Below, one piece after another: positions 1-9,754 of a DNA stretch of 64,000 bases. The notes under the pieces are model-generated. The model saw only the letters and a program-made list of their open reading frames with translations. It was not told the origin of the DNA and ran no database searches. Origin of the DNA: an uncultured virus (IMG/VR IMGVR_UViG_3300042350_004632) (taxonomy: Duplodnaviria; Heunggongvirae; Uroviricota; Caudoviricetes); IMG/VR virus record IMGVR_UViG_3300042350_004632, positions 1 to 64,000 of that record, one strand, 5' to 3'. Within the stretch, counting starts at the first letter, position 1. Each line of letters begins with the position of its first letter. The translations under genes and the position numbers were made by a program.

Positions 1-1
1 T

Positions 2-877
2 GATAGAATGGAAGCTAATAGAAAGAGAGGTACTCAACTTGAAGCGAATAATCCTCAAAACTTACATGTTTTTGAAACAGGATATACAAAAAAGAATCAA
101 TATGATAATTTTACAGCTTTAACAAATAGAGATCCTGTTAAAGAATACAGATTAGTTGTAATGCCTGAGTATGTTACTTTAACTTATTCAGTTGTTATTT
201 TTACTAATCACTTAGAACAAAATAATAAAATTACAGAAGCATTTCAATATGCTGCAAATACATACTGGGGTGAGTCAGGTAGATTTCAATTTAGAGCTAA
301 TATAGAACAATTTGCTACATCTACTGAATATGCGGTTAATGAAGAAAGAACTACAAGAACTAATTTCACTATTACTTTAAATGGATATATTATTCCAGAT
401 ACAGTAAATAGAGATATATCATATCCAAAGAAATATGTTTCTAAAGCTCAAATTGTATTTAATCTAGAAACAGATGATACTGAAATATTCACTATAGGTA
501 CAGCCATTAAAGGTAGAAATAAATCTAAGGGTGTTAATTTCCCAACTCAAGCTCAAACAATCAACATTGTAGAAACTCCTAACGAGGCGTTAATTTACTT
601 AAGTACAATTGTAACTAAAACTGGAGCCAATTTATCATTACCTAGTAATAATACTATACGTGTTTTAAATAGTACTATATATGCGGCACCTTCACCATTA
701 CCTTCAACAAATAAAACAAATTTTGAAGTTATTATTAACTCAACATATATACCAAATAATTTGGTATTATCTGTAACCCAAAATGGAAGTAATATTGACA
801 TAGTTATCGACACAGCGAGTTTAGGATATAATTTAGTAACAACTGAAGGAATGTCAGTATTCGGTAAATTTGTTTAA
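2..877 (+). CDS. Tail completion/sheath terminator-like protein (T4 gp15-like), probably 5'-truncated by the window
   Basis: Frame is open from position 2. 'MPEYVTLTYSVVIFTNHLEQNNKITE' and 'TRTNFTITLNGYIIP' resemble gp15-type terminators. Lies at the start of the tail module. Confidence 0.5.
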   Translation, partial: DRMEANRKRGTQLEANNPQNLHVFETGYTKKNQYDNFTALTNRDPVKEYRLVVMPEYVTLTYSVVIFTNHLEQNNKITEAFQYAANTYWGESGRFQFRANIEQFATSTEYAVNEERTTRTNFTITLNGYIIPDTVNRDISYPKKYVSKAQIVFNLETDDTEIFTIGTAIKGRNKSKGVNFPTQAQTINIVETPNEALIYLSTIVTKTGANLSLPSNNTIRVLNSTIYAAPSPLPSTNKTNFEVIINSTYIPNNLVLSVTQNGSNIDIVIDTASLGYNLVTTEGMSVFGKFV

Positions 878-882
878 AAAGT

Positions 883-2088
883 ATGAGTAATTTAATACAA
901 GGATATCAAATAGCAGTACCACTTCTATTAAGCGGAAGCGGTGGTTCTCTTTTATTTAGCGGAAGCTATTTAGAAGTATCAGGATATGTTTCTGCTTCAG
1001 AATTTAGAGGAGCAATACTTGGTACAGCTAGTTATGCTGAAACCGCTGTAACATCTTCATATCCTATCTCTACTACAGGTAATACTTTATTTTCTACACA
1101 TCCAAGAGCAGGTCGTGTATCAGAAGAATTAAATCCAGATCACTCTATATATTTTGGATTTGAAGCAGGAGATGGTGCTTTAACTAGTGTACATTCTATA
1201 TTCATGGGATATAGATCTGGATATGGAGCTCAAACAGCTTTATATTCAAACTTTTTTGGAGAAAATGCAGGTTATTCAGCTTCAGATGCTTCTTATTCAA
1301 ATATGTTTGGATCAAATGCTGGACAGTTCGCTTCTAATGCTCAATTTTCAAATTTTATAGGAACTGGAGCTGGTAAAAATGCTACTAATGCTAGTGCTTC
1401 TAACTTTTTAGGACCAACTGCTGGTAGAGATGCTATTAATGCTTCATATTCAAACTTTTTTGGAGAATTTTCTGGATTTAGAGCTACTAATGCTGATAAT
1501 TCAAACTTTTTTGGATACCACTCTGGTTATTCATCATCACAAGCTAGTCATTCCATTTTTATGGGATACCAAGTTGGTAAAAATGTTGGTGGAACAGGAG
1601 TAGGAGCTAATAATATTATTTTAGGTACAAATATAACTCTAGAAAATAATAGAAAAGATTCTATCAATATAGGATCCATTATATTTGCTACAGGATCTTA
1701 TTTTAGTGAATATGTAGATCCATATTCTGGATCAATGATGGGTAGAGTAGGTATTAATAAATCTCTTCCACTTTATAATTTTGATGTTTCTGGTTCAGGA
1801 AATTTTGATAATAATCTAACAGTTACTGGATCATTTGATATTAATATAAAAGATAATGTATTTTTAATTCGATCAGAAAGTCAAATTTTTGTTGAAATAT
1901 CTGGTTCTAACAATACTAATATATATAGTGATCTTTTTATTATAAAGAATTTCACAACAAAACAACCTGTACTTACTGTTAGTCAAAGTATTGTACAATT
2001 TGCTACTCAATCATCTAATCCTGCTGGAACTACTCAAGCAGGTTCAATATGGTTTACTTCTACAAACATGTATATTGGTTTAGATTGA
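883..2088 (+). CDS. Tail fibre-like protein with 13-aa beta-roll (YadA-head-like) repeats
   Basis: About 10 repeats of 'SNFFGxxAGxxAxNA'; G/S-rich fibre motifs such as 'GRVGINKSLP' and 'LTVTGS'. Confidence 0.6.
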   Translation: MSNLIQGYQIAVPLLLSGSGGSLLFSGSYLEVSGYVSASEFRGAILGTASYAETAVTSSYPISTTGNTLFSTHPRAGRVSEELNPDHSIYFGFEAGDGALTSVHSIFMGYRSGYGAQTALYSNFFGENAGYSASDASYSNMFGSNAGQFASNAQFSNFIGTGAGKNATNASASNFLGPTAGRDAINASYSNFFGEFSGFRATNADNSNFFGYHSGYSSSQASHSIFMGYQVGKNVGGTGVGANNIILGTNITLENNRKDSINIGSIIFATGSYFSEYVDPYSGSMMGRVGINKSLPLYNFDVSGSGNFDNNLTVTGSFDINIKDNVFLIRSESQIFVEISGSNNTNIYSDLFIIKNFTTKQPVLTVSQSIVQFATQSSNPAGTTQAGSIWFTSTNMYIGLD

Positions 2089-2129
2089 TTTTGATATTTA
2101 TTCATATTTATTAACAAATAAATACATAT

Positions 2130-3197
2130 ATGGCAACTTGGAAAAAAGTCGTTGTTTCTGGTAGTAATGCTGAACTCAATAAATTAAATGTTGGTGCTAA
2201 CCAACAAATTTCATCTTCAGTAGCAACTACTTTCCTTTCAGGTTCATTTAGTGGATCATTTGAAGGCAGTTTAAAATCTGATTTAGCTAACGCTAACCAA
2301 GCAAATATTGTTGGTTACAATACAATTACTGGTTTATTTAGTTATCAAGGAACAGGATCATTTACAGCTACAACAGCTTCTTATGTTACTGGATCTGGAG
2401 TTTATGGTCCATACGGATCTAATAGTATATTATCTGCGTCATTTGCAGTCACAGCTGCTTATGCTTCTAATGTTCCTGATACTGCTTCATATGCTTTACA
2501 AGCGTTAAGTGCTTCATATGCAACATCTGCTTCTTCAGCAGTAAATGCTAATACAGCATCTTATGTTTTACAAGCAGTAAGTGCATCATTTGCAACTAAT
2601 GCCTCTACTGCTTCTTTTGTCTTACAAGCAGTAAGTGCTTCATTTGCTACAAAAGCTACAACAGCTGATTCTGCCTCATTTATTGGTGGAGCAGTAACAA
2701 ATAATACAGATAATAGGATATTAACAGCTACAGGTGGTGGATCAATTAATGGTGAATCAAATTTAACATTTGATGGTTCAACATTAACAGTAACAGGTAA
2801 TACAGTTATGACTGGTGACTTAACAGTTGCTGGTACAGCTAGTTTCTCAAACCAAACATCACTTTTAATAGCTGATAGATTTATATTATTAGCTTCTGGC
2901 TCTACTAGTTTAACAGATGCTGGTATTATAGCATCATCAGGAGGATTATCAGGTTCAGCTTGGTATTTAGAAGCTGGTTCTGCTGGTTCAACAGGTCCAT
3001 ATGGTAGATGGGCAACAGCTTTTGATCTTCACGCTAGTGCTTCAGTAGCTACACCTGATGAATTTGCTGTAACAGCTAAATTATCAGCTGCTTCTGCTCC
3101 AAGTGATGCTGTACCTCCAACATGGGGTAGTGGATCAAACGGAGGTGGTAATATATGGGTTAAACAAGATACAGGTGACATTTATATATGGGCCTAA
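2130..3197 (+). CDS. Tail fibre/structural protein
   Basis: 'ASYVLQAVSASFA' repeats and 'GESNLTFDGSTLTVTG'. N-terminus (WKKVVVSGSNA) is paralogous to 3526. Confidence 0.6.
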   Translation: MATWKKVVVSGSNAELNKLNVGANQQISSSVATTFLSGSFSGSFEGSLKSDLANANQANIVGYNTITGLFSYQGTGSFTATTASYVTGSGVYGPYGSNSILSASFAVTAAYASNVPDTASYALQALSASYATSASSAVNANTASYVLQAVSASFATNASTASFVLQAVSASFATKATTADSASFIGGAVTNNTDNRILTATGGGSINGESNLTFDGSTLTVTGNTVMTGDLTVAGTASFSNQTSLLIADRFILLASGSTSLTDAGIIASSGGLSGSAWYLEAGSAGSTGPYGRWATAFDLHASASVATPDEFAVTAKLSAASAPSDAVPPTWGSGSNGGGNIWVKQDTGDIYIWA

Positions 3198-3217
3198 TAA
3201 ATAAAATAAAATCAGTT

Positions 3218-3421
3218 ATGGCTTTTACAACAAACAATTTGGTGACAAAAAATAAAGTAGAGGAGCCTGTAAAGATTTCTCTACCTTCATCTAACTTAAC
3301 TAAGAGTGAAGTTGAACTTTTATTAATGATGATTAAAGAATCTCATTTTAAAGGAGAACATATACAAAAAGTATATGAGTTAACTTTAAAGCTTCAAACT
3401 TATTATACTCAACTACCCTAG
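3218..3421 (+). CDS. Small hypothetical protein, possible fibre assembly chaperone
   Basis: ORF between fibre genes. ATG 3218 follows an A-rich leader and avoids overlap with the upstream gene. Confidence 0.5.
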   Translation: MAFTTNNLVTKNKVEEPVKISLPSSNLTKSEVELLLMMIKESHFKGEHIQKVYELTLKLQTYYTQLP

Positions 3422-3444
3422 TAGTATATTTATATACACAACCA

Positions 3445-3505
3445 CTGTTGGCCCGTAAGGGAAGTAGGCATATACACGGCATAAAGTGTATGTATCTAAC
3501 CACAG
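3445..3505 (+). ncRNA. Putative structured 5'-leader RNA (three-way junction)
   Basis: CTGT(T)GG/CCACAG closing stem, CCC-GTAA-GGG GNRA hairpin, TAG..ATATACAC/GTGTATGT..CTA arm. Confidence 0.5.
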
Positions 3506-3525
3506 ATATAAATTGTTAAAATAAC

Positions 3526-5505
3526 ATGCCAAATTGGAAAAAAGTCATTGTTAGTGGCTCTAACGCCTTATTAAACTCATTAGCTGTTACAACTAATATA
3601 ACAGCAACCTCATTCACAGGATCTTTACTAGGTACAGCTTCATTTGCCACTAGCGCATCGTTTACAGCAACAGCATCGTTTGCTACTAGTGCATCATTTG
3701 CAACAAGTGCATCGTTTGCATTAAATGGAGGTGTAACACAACTACTAGCAGGACCAAATGTAACATTATCACCAACAAATGGTTTAGGACAAGTTACAGT
3801 TTCATCAACTAGTGGTGGAGGTGGATTTAATACTGCAACAGGATCTTACGGTAGTTTTTACGATACTACAACTCAAACTAATGTAGCAGGTACCGCTCGC
3901 TCAATGTCTTTCAATACGACAGATATTACAAATGGAGTATCAATATCAGGATCAACAAATCCTTTTAACACTTATATCAAGACTGAAAATGCAGGTGTAT
4001 ATGATATACAATTTTCTGCTCAAGTAGATAAAACAGATAGTGGTACAGATGAAATATGGATTTGGTTAAGAAAAAATGGAACAAATTTACAAGATACTGC
4101 AACATCAATACAATTAACTGGTAACGGAGATCATTATGTAGCAGCATGGAATTTCTTTGTTAATTCAGCTGCAAATGATTATTATCAATTAATGTGGTAT
4201 TCACCTGATGCTAACGTACGCTTACACGCAGAACCTGGATTTGGAGTAGTACCAGGTATTCCTTCAGTAATAGCAACAGTTAATAGAGTAGATCAATTCT
4301 TAAGTAATACAGGATCGTTTAGTGGATCTTTTACTGGTTCATTGTTTGGAACATCATCATGGGCATCAAACGCTATAACAGCATCCTATGTTCTCAATGC
4401 TGTAAGTGCATCGTTTGCATCAACAGCATCTTCTATAAATACTCTATATCAAAACGTAATAATAACTGGATCATTAACAGTAGGATCTTCATCATTAGGA
4501 GCAAGTGAAAATACTATAACATTAGGAGCTAGAGATACAGCAAATGAAGGAGGCCAAATTGGCTTTAATGCCCCTGGAGGAACTTATACTTCAGCTTCAT
4601 TTATTGATAACTGGTCAAACTCTCATCGCATATTAGTCGGCACTAATGCTAGTAGTACCGCATTGATTGCTCAATGGAATTTGCATTCTAAACAAATGCA
4701 ACTCCCAGCTTATACTGCCGCTTCTTCATTTGTGGGAACAGCTACAGCAAATTTAGCAGTAGATTCTGGTGGAAATGTCATAACAGTAGCTACAGCTGCT
4801 TCTCCATTCCCTTATACAGGAAACGCAGTCATAACTGGTTCTTTAACAGTGACCCAACCAATTTATGTTCCTATAAATGGAGCTATGTATTTCCAAGGAG
4901 GAGATGACGCCGCACTTTATGATGTCAACATAGTAAATACTATGGGTATATACGGTGTGCAGGATATTACAGTAGGAGCTGTAAAATTAGGAAGTAATGG
5001 ACCAACCTTATATGGTTCAGGTAGTAGACTTGGAATAGGAACCATAACACCATTATATGCTTTAGATATTAATGCTAATACATTAACTGGAGCTAGAGTA
5101 TATAGTGGTTCATTAGCAGTAGGTAATATTATCCCTAGTGCAACAGTGGGCAGAATAGATGCTTCTAACGATATAGTAGCATATTCAACATCAGATATTA
5201 ATTTTAAGGAAAATATAACTCCAATCAATAATGCCTTAGAAAAAATAAATAAAATAGGTGGGTATGAATTTGATTGGAAACAAAATGAAGATCTAATCAA
5301 ATTTCATGGTTTTTCAGGTCATGATATAGGAGTAATAGCTCAAGAAATTGAAGAAATTTTACCTGAAATAATAACAATAAGAGATAATGGATATAAAGCT
5401 GTCAAATATGAAAAAATAGTTCCACTATTAATTGAAGCTATAAAAGAACTATCATCTAAAGTTAAAGAATTAGAAAACATCATAAAAATAAATAAAAGAT
5501 TCTAA
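3526..5505 (+). CDS. Tail fibre protein with C-terminal intramolecular chaperone (peptidase S74) domain
   Basis: 'SDINFKENITPI...HDIGVIAQEIEEILPE...YKAVKYEKIVPLLIEAIKEL' is the S74 signature; 'TASFA' repeats at the N-terminus. Confidence 0.85.
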   Translation: MPNWKKVIVSGSNALLNSLAVTTNITATSFTGSLLGTASFATSASFTATASFATSASFATSASFALNGGVTQLLAGPNVTLSPTNGLGQVTVSSTSGGGGFNTATGSYGSFYDTTTQTNVAGTARSMSFNTTDITNGVSISGSTNPFNTYIKTENAGVYDIQFSAQVDKTDSGTDEIWIWLRKNGTNLQDTATSIQLTGNGDHYVAAWNFFVNSAANDYYQLMWYSPDANVRLHAEPGFGVVPGIPSVIATVNRVDQFLSNTGSFSGSFTGSLFGTSSWASNAITASYVLNAVSASFASTASSINTLYQNVIITGSLTVGSSSLGASENTITLGARDTANEGGQIGFNAPGGTYTSASFIDNWSNSHRILVGTNASSTALIAQWNLHSKQMQLPAYTAASSFVGTATANLAVDSGGNVITVATAASPFPYTGNAVITGSLTVTQPIYVPINGAMYFQGGDDAALYDVNIVNTMGIYGVQDITVGAVKLGSNGPTLYGSGSRLGIGTITPLYALDINANTLTGARVYSGSLAVGNIIPSATVGRIDASNDIVAYSTSDINFKENITPINNALEKINKIGGYEFDWKQNEDLIKFHGFSGHDIGVIAQEIEEILPEIITIRDNGYKAVKYEKIVPLLIEAIKELSSKVKELENIIKINKRF

Positions 5506-5509
5506 TGTT

Positions 5510-8500
5510 ATGGCTTTACCAGCAGCTAGTGGCTCTATATCAATCAGCTCTATAAATACTATTTTAGGGAGAGCAGCTAGTACTGCTAACTCTTCTTTAG
5601 CTGGTGGTATAATTCCTCAAACTGGATCTTTATTTTATTTAGGAGCACAAAGTGGTAGTCTTAATCAAACAGCACCTCATGCTATGAGTGAATGGTGGGG
5701 ATATGATACAACACCAACACCAACAACTTCTCCAAGTGTTACTCCATCAATTAGTATTAGTGTAACACCTTCTGTTAGTGTCTCACGTACACCAAGTGTA
5801 ACACCTAGTATCACTATAAGTAACTCAATATCAAATACTCCAAGCATAACTGTAAGTACTTCTATTAGCAACACTCCAAGTATTACTCCAAGTATAACTG
5901 TAAGTAATTCTATTAGTAATACTCCAAGTATATCAATTAGTAAATCTATAAGTAACACTCCAAGTATCACACCAAGTATTTCTATAAGTGCTACTCCATC
6001 TGTTACTCCAAGTATTAGTATTAGTAAATCAATATCAAATACTCCAAGTGTTACTTTCACACCAAGTATAACACCAAGTATTAGTATTAGTGCTACTCCA
6101 AGTATTACACCAAGTATTTCAATTAGTAAATCAATAAGTAACACACCAAGTATTACTGTAAGCACTTCTATTAGTAACACACCAAGTGTGACACCAAGTA
6201 TTTCAATTAGTGCTACACCTAGTATTACTATAAGTAACTCTGTAAGTAACACACCAAGTATAACTGTTAGTAACTCAATAAGCAATACACCTAGTATTTC
6301 TATTAGTCCATCATTTAGTAATACTCCATCTGTAACACCTAGTATATCAATTAGTGCTACACCTTCTGTAACACCAAGTATATCAATTAGTAAATCTATT
6401 AGTAATACTCCAAGTATTTCAATTAGTAAATCAATATCAAATACTCCATCTGTTACTCCATCTATTAGTATTAGTGCTACACCTAGTGTAACTCCATCTA
6501 TCAGTATTAGTCCATCATTTAGCAATACTCCAAGTGTTACTTTCACTCCAAGTGTAACACCAAGCATTTCTATTAGTGCTACTCCAAGTGTGACACCAAG
6601 TATTTCTATTAGTAAATCTATATCTAATACACCAAGTATATCAATTAGTAAATCAATAAGTAACACACCAAGTATTACTTTCACTCCAAGTATCAGTATT
6701 AGTAATACACCTAGTATTTCAATTAGTCCATCTATTAGTAACACACCAAGTATTAGTATTAGTAAATCAATATCTAATACACCAAGTATTAGCATTAGTC
6801 CATCATTTAGCAATACTCCATCTGTTACTCCATCTGTTAGTATTAGTGCTACACCTAGTGTTACACCAAGTATTAGTATAAGTCCTTCATTTAGCAATAC
6901 TCCAAGTGTTACTTTCACACCTAGTGTTACACCTAGTATTTCCATTAGTGCTACTCCAAGTGTAACACCTTCTATTAGCATAAGTGCTACTCCAAGTGTT
7001 ACACCTAGTATAACAATAAGTAACTCAATTAGTAACACACCAAGTATTAGTATTAGTAAATCAATATCTAATACTCCAAGTATAACAGTATCTAGATCAA
7101 TTAGTAACACACCTAGTGTCACACCAAGTATTAGTATTAGTAAATCAATATCTAATACTCCAAGTATATCAATAAGTAAATCAATATCAAATACTCCAAG
7201 TGTAACACCTTCTATTAGCATAAGTGCTACTCCAAGTGTCACACCAAGTATTTCAATAAGTAAATCAATATCAAATACACCTAGTATAACTGTAAGTAAC
7301 TCAATCAGTAACACTCCAAGTATTACACCTAGTATTTCCATAAGTGCTACTCCAAGTGTGACACCAAGTATTTCTATTAGTAAATCTATATCTAATACAC
7401 CAAGTATTAGTATTAGTCCATCTATTAGTAACACACCAAGTATTACTTTCACTCCAAGTATAACACCAAGTATTAGTATTAGTGCAACACCTAGTGTTAC
7501 ACCAAGTATATCAATTAGTAAATCAATAAGTAACACACCAAGTATTTCAATAAGTAAATCAATATCAAATACTCCAAGTGTAACACCTTCTATTAGCATA
7601 AGTGCTACTCCAAGTGTCACACCAAGTATTAGTATTAGTAAATCAATTAGTAATACACCTAGTATTACTTTCACTCCAAGTATAACACCAAGTATTAGTA
7701 TTAGTCCATCATTTAGCAATACACCTTCTATAACACCAACTCGAACACCATCTGTAACTCCTTCAACTACAAAAGCTTATAATTCATTCTTGTTAGCATA
7801 TGATGCTTCAAATGGATATACAGCTTGTACTAACTATCCAACATTATTCACTAACACTTATTACACTGATCCAAATATTAGTGTAATAGATAATAGTGTG
7901 ACAATATATCAAAACACTGCATTAACTAATGTAGCAGGAAATGGATTCTATTCTGATGGAACTAATTTCTATGAAATTAGTGGAGGAACTGGATTACTTG
8001 CTAATAAGACATCTTGTACACCACCATCTGTCACTCCAAGTGTAACACCTAGTGTAACACCTAGTATTTCAATAAGTAAATCAATAAGTAACACACCAAG
8101 TGTTACACCAAGTATTACACCAAGTATTACACCAAGTATATCAATAAGTAAATCTATTAGTAATACACCTAGTATAACAGTAAGTACATCAATTAGTAAC
8201 ACACCTAGTGTTACACCTAGTACATCAATTAGTAACACACCTAGTGTTACACCTAGTATATCAATTAGTGCAACACCTTCTGTAACACCAAGTATATCAA
8301 TTAGTAAATCTATTAGTAATACTCCAAGTGTTACTTTCACACCAAGTATTTCTATTAGTAAATCAATATCAAATACTCCAAGTATATCAATAAGTAAATC
8401 TATTAGTAACACACCTAGTGTCACACCAAGTATTTCTATTAGTAAATCAATATCAAATACTCCAAGTATATCAATAAGTAAATCTATTAGTAACACACCT

Positions 8501-9103
8501 AGTGTAACACCAAGTATTTCAATTAGTAAATCAATTAGTAACACACCTAGTATATCAATTAGTAAATCTATTAGTAACACACCTAGTGTAACACCAAGTA
8601 TTTCAATTAGTAAATCAATTAGTAACACACCTAGTATATCAATTAGTAAATCTATTAGTAACACACCTAGTAAAACACCTAGTATAACAGTAAGTAAATC
8701 TATTAGTCCATCATTTAGTAATACTCCAACTAACACACCTAGTAAAACACCTAGTACATCAGTACAAACATTTACAGTTAATATTTACGCTAAAACAGCT
8801 ACTTCTTTTGCAACCACAGTTGCATTATGGACTTCAACTGATAATGTTAACTGGACTAGACGTGGTTCTGCTATGGGTACAGGTTGTGTAGTTAAATATG
8901 GTCCTGTTAGTATAGCTAGTGGTACAACGATATACTATCAAGTAGCTGCAAACACTGGTACCCCACCATCCAATAATTCTTATCTACATGGCTCAAATAC
9001 AACTACAACATGTCCAGCATCAGCAAGTTCAATTTGTGTAGGATCATTTGTTGTGACAGCGAATACTAATAGAGCACTTACAGCGCAAGAAGTAGTTTGT
9101 TAA
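5510..9103 (+). CDS. Mucin-like Ser/Thr/Pro/Ile repeat protein, probable fibre-associated adhesin, with two small Cys-containing domains
   Basis: N-terminal 'MALPAASGSISISSINTILGR' resembles proteins that follow S74 fibres; about 900 aa of TPSISISKSISN-type repeats. Confidence 0.7.
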   Translation: MALPAASGSISISSINTILGRAASTANSSLAGGIIPQTGSLFYLGAQSGSLNQTAPHAMSEWWGYDTTPTPTTSPSVTPSISISVTPSVSVSRTPSVTPSITISNSISNTPSITVSTSISNTPSITPSITVSNSISNTPSISISKSISNTPSITPSISISATPSVTPSISISKSISNTPSVTFTPSITPSISISATPSITPSISISKSISNTPSITVSTSISNTPSVTPSISISATPSITISNSVSNTPSITVSNSISNTPSISISPSFSNTPSVTPSISISATPSVTPSISISKSISNTPSISISKSISNTPSVTPSISISATPSVTPSISISPSFSNTPSVTFTPSVTPSISISATPSVTPSISISKSISNTPSISISKSISNTPSITFTPSISISNTPSISISPSISNTPSISISKSISNTPSISISPSFSNTPSVTPSVSISATPSVTPSISISPSFSNTPSVTFTPSVTPSISISATPSVTPSISISATPSVTPSITISNSISNTPSISISKSISNTPSITVSRSISNTPSVTPSISISKSISNTPSISISKSISNTPSVTPSISISATPSVTPSISISKSISNTPSITVSNSISNTPSITPSISISATPSVTPSISISKSISNTPSISISPSISNTPSITFTPSITPSISISATPSVTPSISISKSISNTPSISISKSISNTPSVTPSISISATPSVTPSISISKSISNTPSITFTPSITPSISISPSFSNTPSITPTRTPSVTPSTTKAYNSFLLAYDASNGYTACTNYPTLFTNTYYTDPNISVIDNSVTIYQNTALTNVAGNGFYSDGTNFYEISGGTGLLANKTSCTPPSVTPSVTPSVTPSISISKSISNTPSVTPSITPSITPSISISKSISNTPSITVSTSISNTPSVTPSTSISNTPSVTPSISISATPSVTPSISISKSISNTPSVTFTPSISISKSISNTPSISISKSISNTPSVTPSISISKSISNTPSISISKSISNTPSVTPSISISKSISNTPSISISKSISNTPSVTPSISISKSISNTPSISISKSISNTPSKTPSITVSKSISPSFSNTPTNTPSKTPSTSVQTFTVNIYAKTATSFATTVALWTSTDNVNWTRRGSAMGTGCVVKYGPVSIASGTTIYYQVAANTGTPPSNNSYLHGSNTTTTCPASASSICVGSFVVTANTNRALTAQEVVC
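8341..8670 (+). repeat. Four near-identical tandem 84-nt (28-aa) units inside the mucin-like tract
   Basis: Units start at 8341, 8425, 8509 and 8593; units 1/2 and 3/4 are near-identical pairs. Confidence 0.85.
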
Positions 9104-9118
9104 AATAAAGATTTGGTT
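8767..9118 (+). repeat. Dispersed repeat copy 1 (C-terminal domain, stop codon and TTTG element); copy 2 at 25051-25402
   Basis: Long identical nucleotide blocks separated by divergent loops. Confidence 0.9.
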
Positions 9119-9143
9119 GTTTTCTAAAAATATTATATATTTA
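9112..9143 (+). promoter_or_regulatory. Bacteroidota-type promoter TTTG-N20-TATATTTA
   Basis: Same motif and 20-nt spacer at five intergenic sites; resembles the -33 TTTG / -7 TAnnTTTG consensus. Confidence 0.65.
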
Positions 9144-9168
9144 TATATGTAAACCAAAAAATAAAAAT

Positions 9169-9408
9169 ATGTTAACCATTATTATTGTATTAGTACTCGC
9201 CGCTGCTCTTATTTTTTTCCTTACAAAAAAAGGTAAAATTGCTGACACTAACCACAACAACATTCCTGATGTGATTGAAACTAAAGTAGAAGCAGTTGTA
9301 GCTGAAGTTAAAGAAGAAATTAAAAAAGTAAAAAAATCAATTGCTAAATCAACAGCTAAACCAGCTGCAAAAGCCCCAGCTAAAAAAGCAGTAAAAAAAT
9401 CAAAATAA
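9169..9408 (+). CDS. Small membrane-anchored protein with Lys/Ala-rich tail
   Basis: N-terminal hydrophobic helix; 'KPAAKAPAKKAVKK'. Confidence 0.65.
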   Translation: MLTIIIVLVLAAALIFFLTKKGKIADTNHNNIPDVIETKVEAVVAEVKEEIKKVKKSIAKSTAKPAAKAPAKKAVKKSK

Positions 9409-9411
9409 TAT

Positions 9412-9636
9412 ATGAGTGAAATTAAAAAACTAGAAGCTGATGAACTTCAATCTGTTAAAGAAGTTAAACAAGAATATAATAATTTAGCTTTAGAATTAGG
9501 TGAATTAGAATTACAAAAAGCTCGTTTATTAGATTACCAAAAAATCATAGCAGATAAAGAAGGTAAATTAGCTAATAAATTAACTGAAAAATATGGTCCT
9601 GGTACAATTAATATTGATACAGGAGAAATAAATTAA
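9412..9636 (+). CDS. Small coiled-coil hypothetical protein
   Basis: Heptad-rich, ending 'LTEKYGPGTINIDTGEI'. Confidence 0.65.
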   Translation: MSEIKKLEADELQSVKEVKQEYNNLALELGELELQKARLLDYQKIIADKEGKLANKLTEKYGPGTINIDTGEIN

Positions 9637-9670
9637 CAATATGTATTGTTAGGTGTTAGGAGTTAATATA

Positions 9671-9708
9671 GAAGAACCTCGTCAGTAATGACGGGGTTTC
9701 TTCGTTTT
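9671..9708 (+). terminator. Intrinsic terminator
   Basis: AACCTCGTCA-GTAA-TGACGGGGTT hairpin followed by T-rich sequence. Confidence 0.7.
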
Positions 9709-9754
9709 ATAATATAACTTATATATTTATCAATAGACAAAATCTAATTTAAAC

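Noticed and set aside
5677..8736. Long minus-strand ORFs (680 aa, 255 aa) of GVLLIDLLIEIL repeats, and similar ones at 22651-24990 and 51513-51857
   Set aside because: Antisense shadows of the Ser/Thr/Pro/Ile repeat codons, which lack stops in that frame; they coincide with the repeats and oppose an all-plus gene layout.
5706..8765. CRISPR array
   Set aside because: Repeats are in-frame, degenerate at third codon positions and have no unique spacers; no cas genes.
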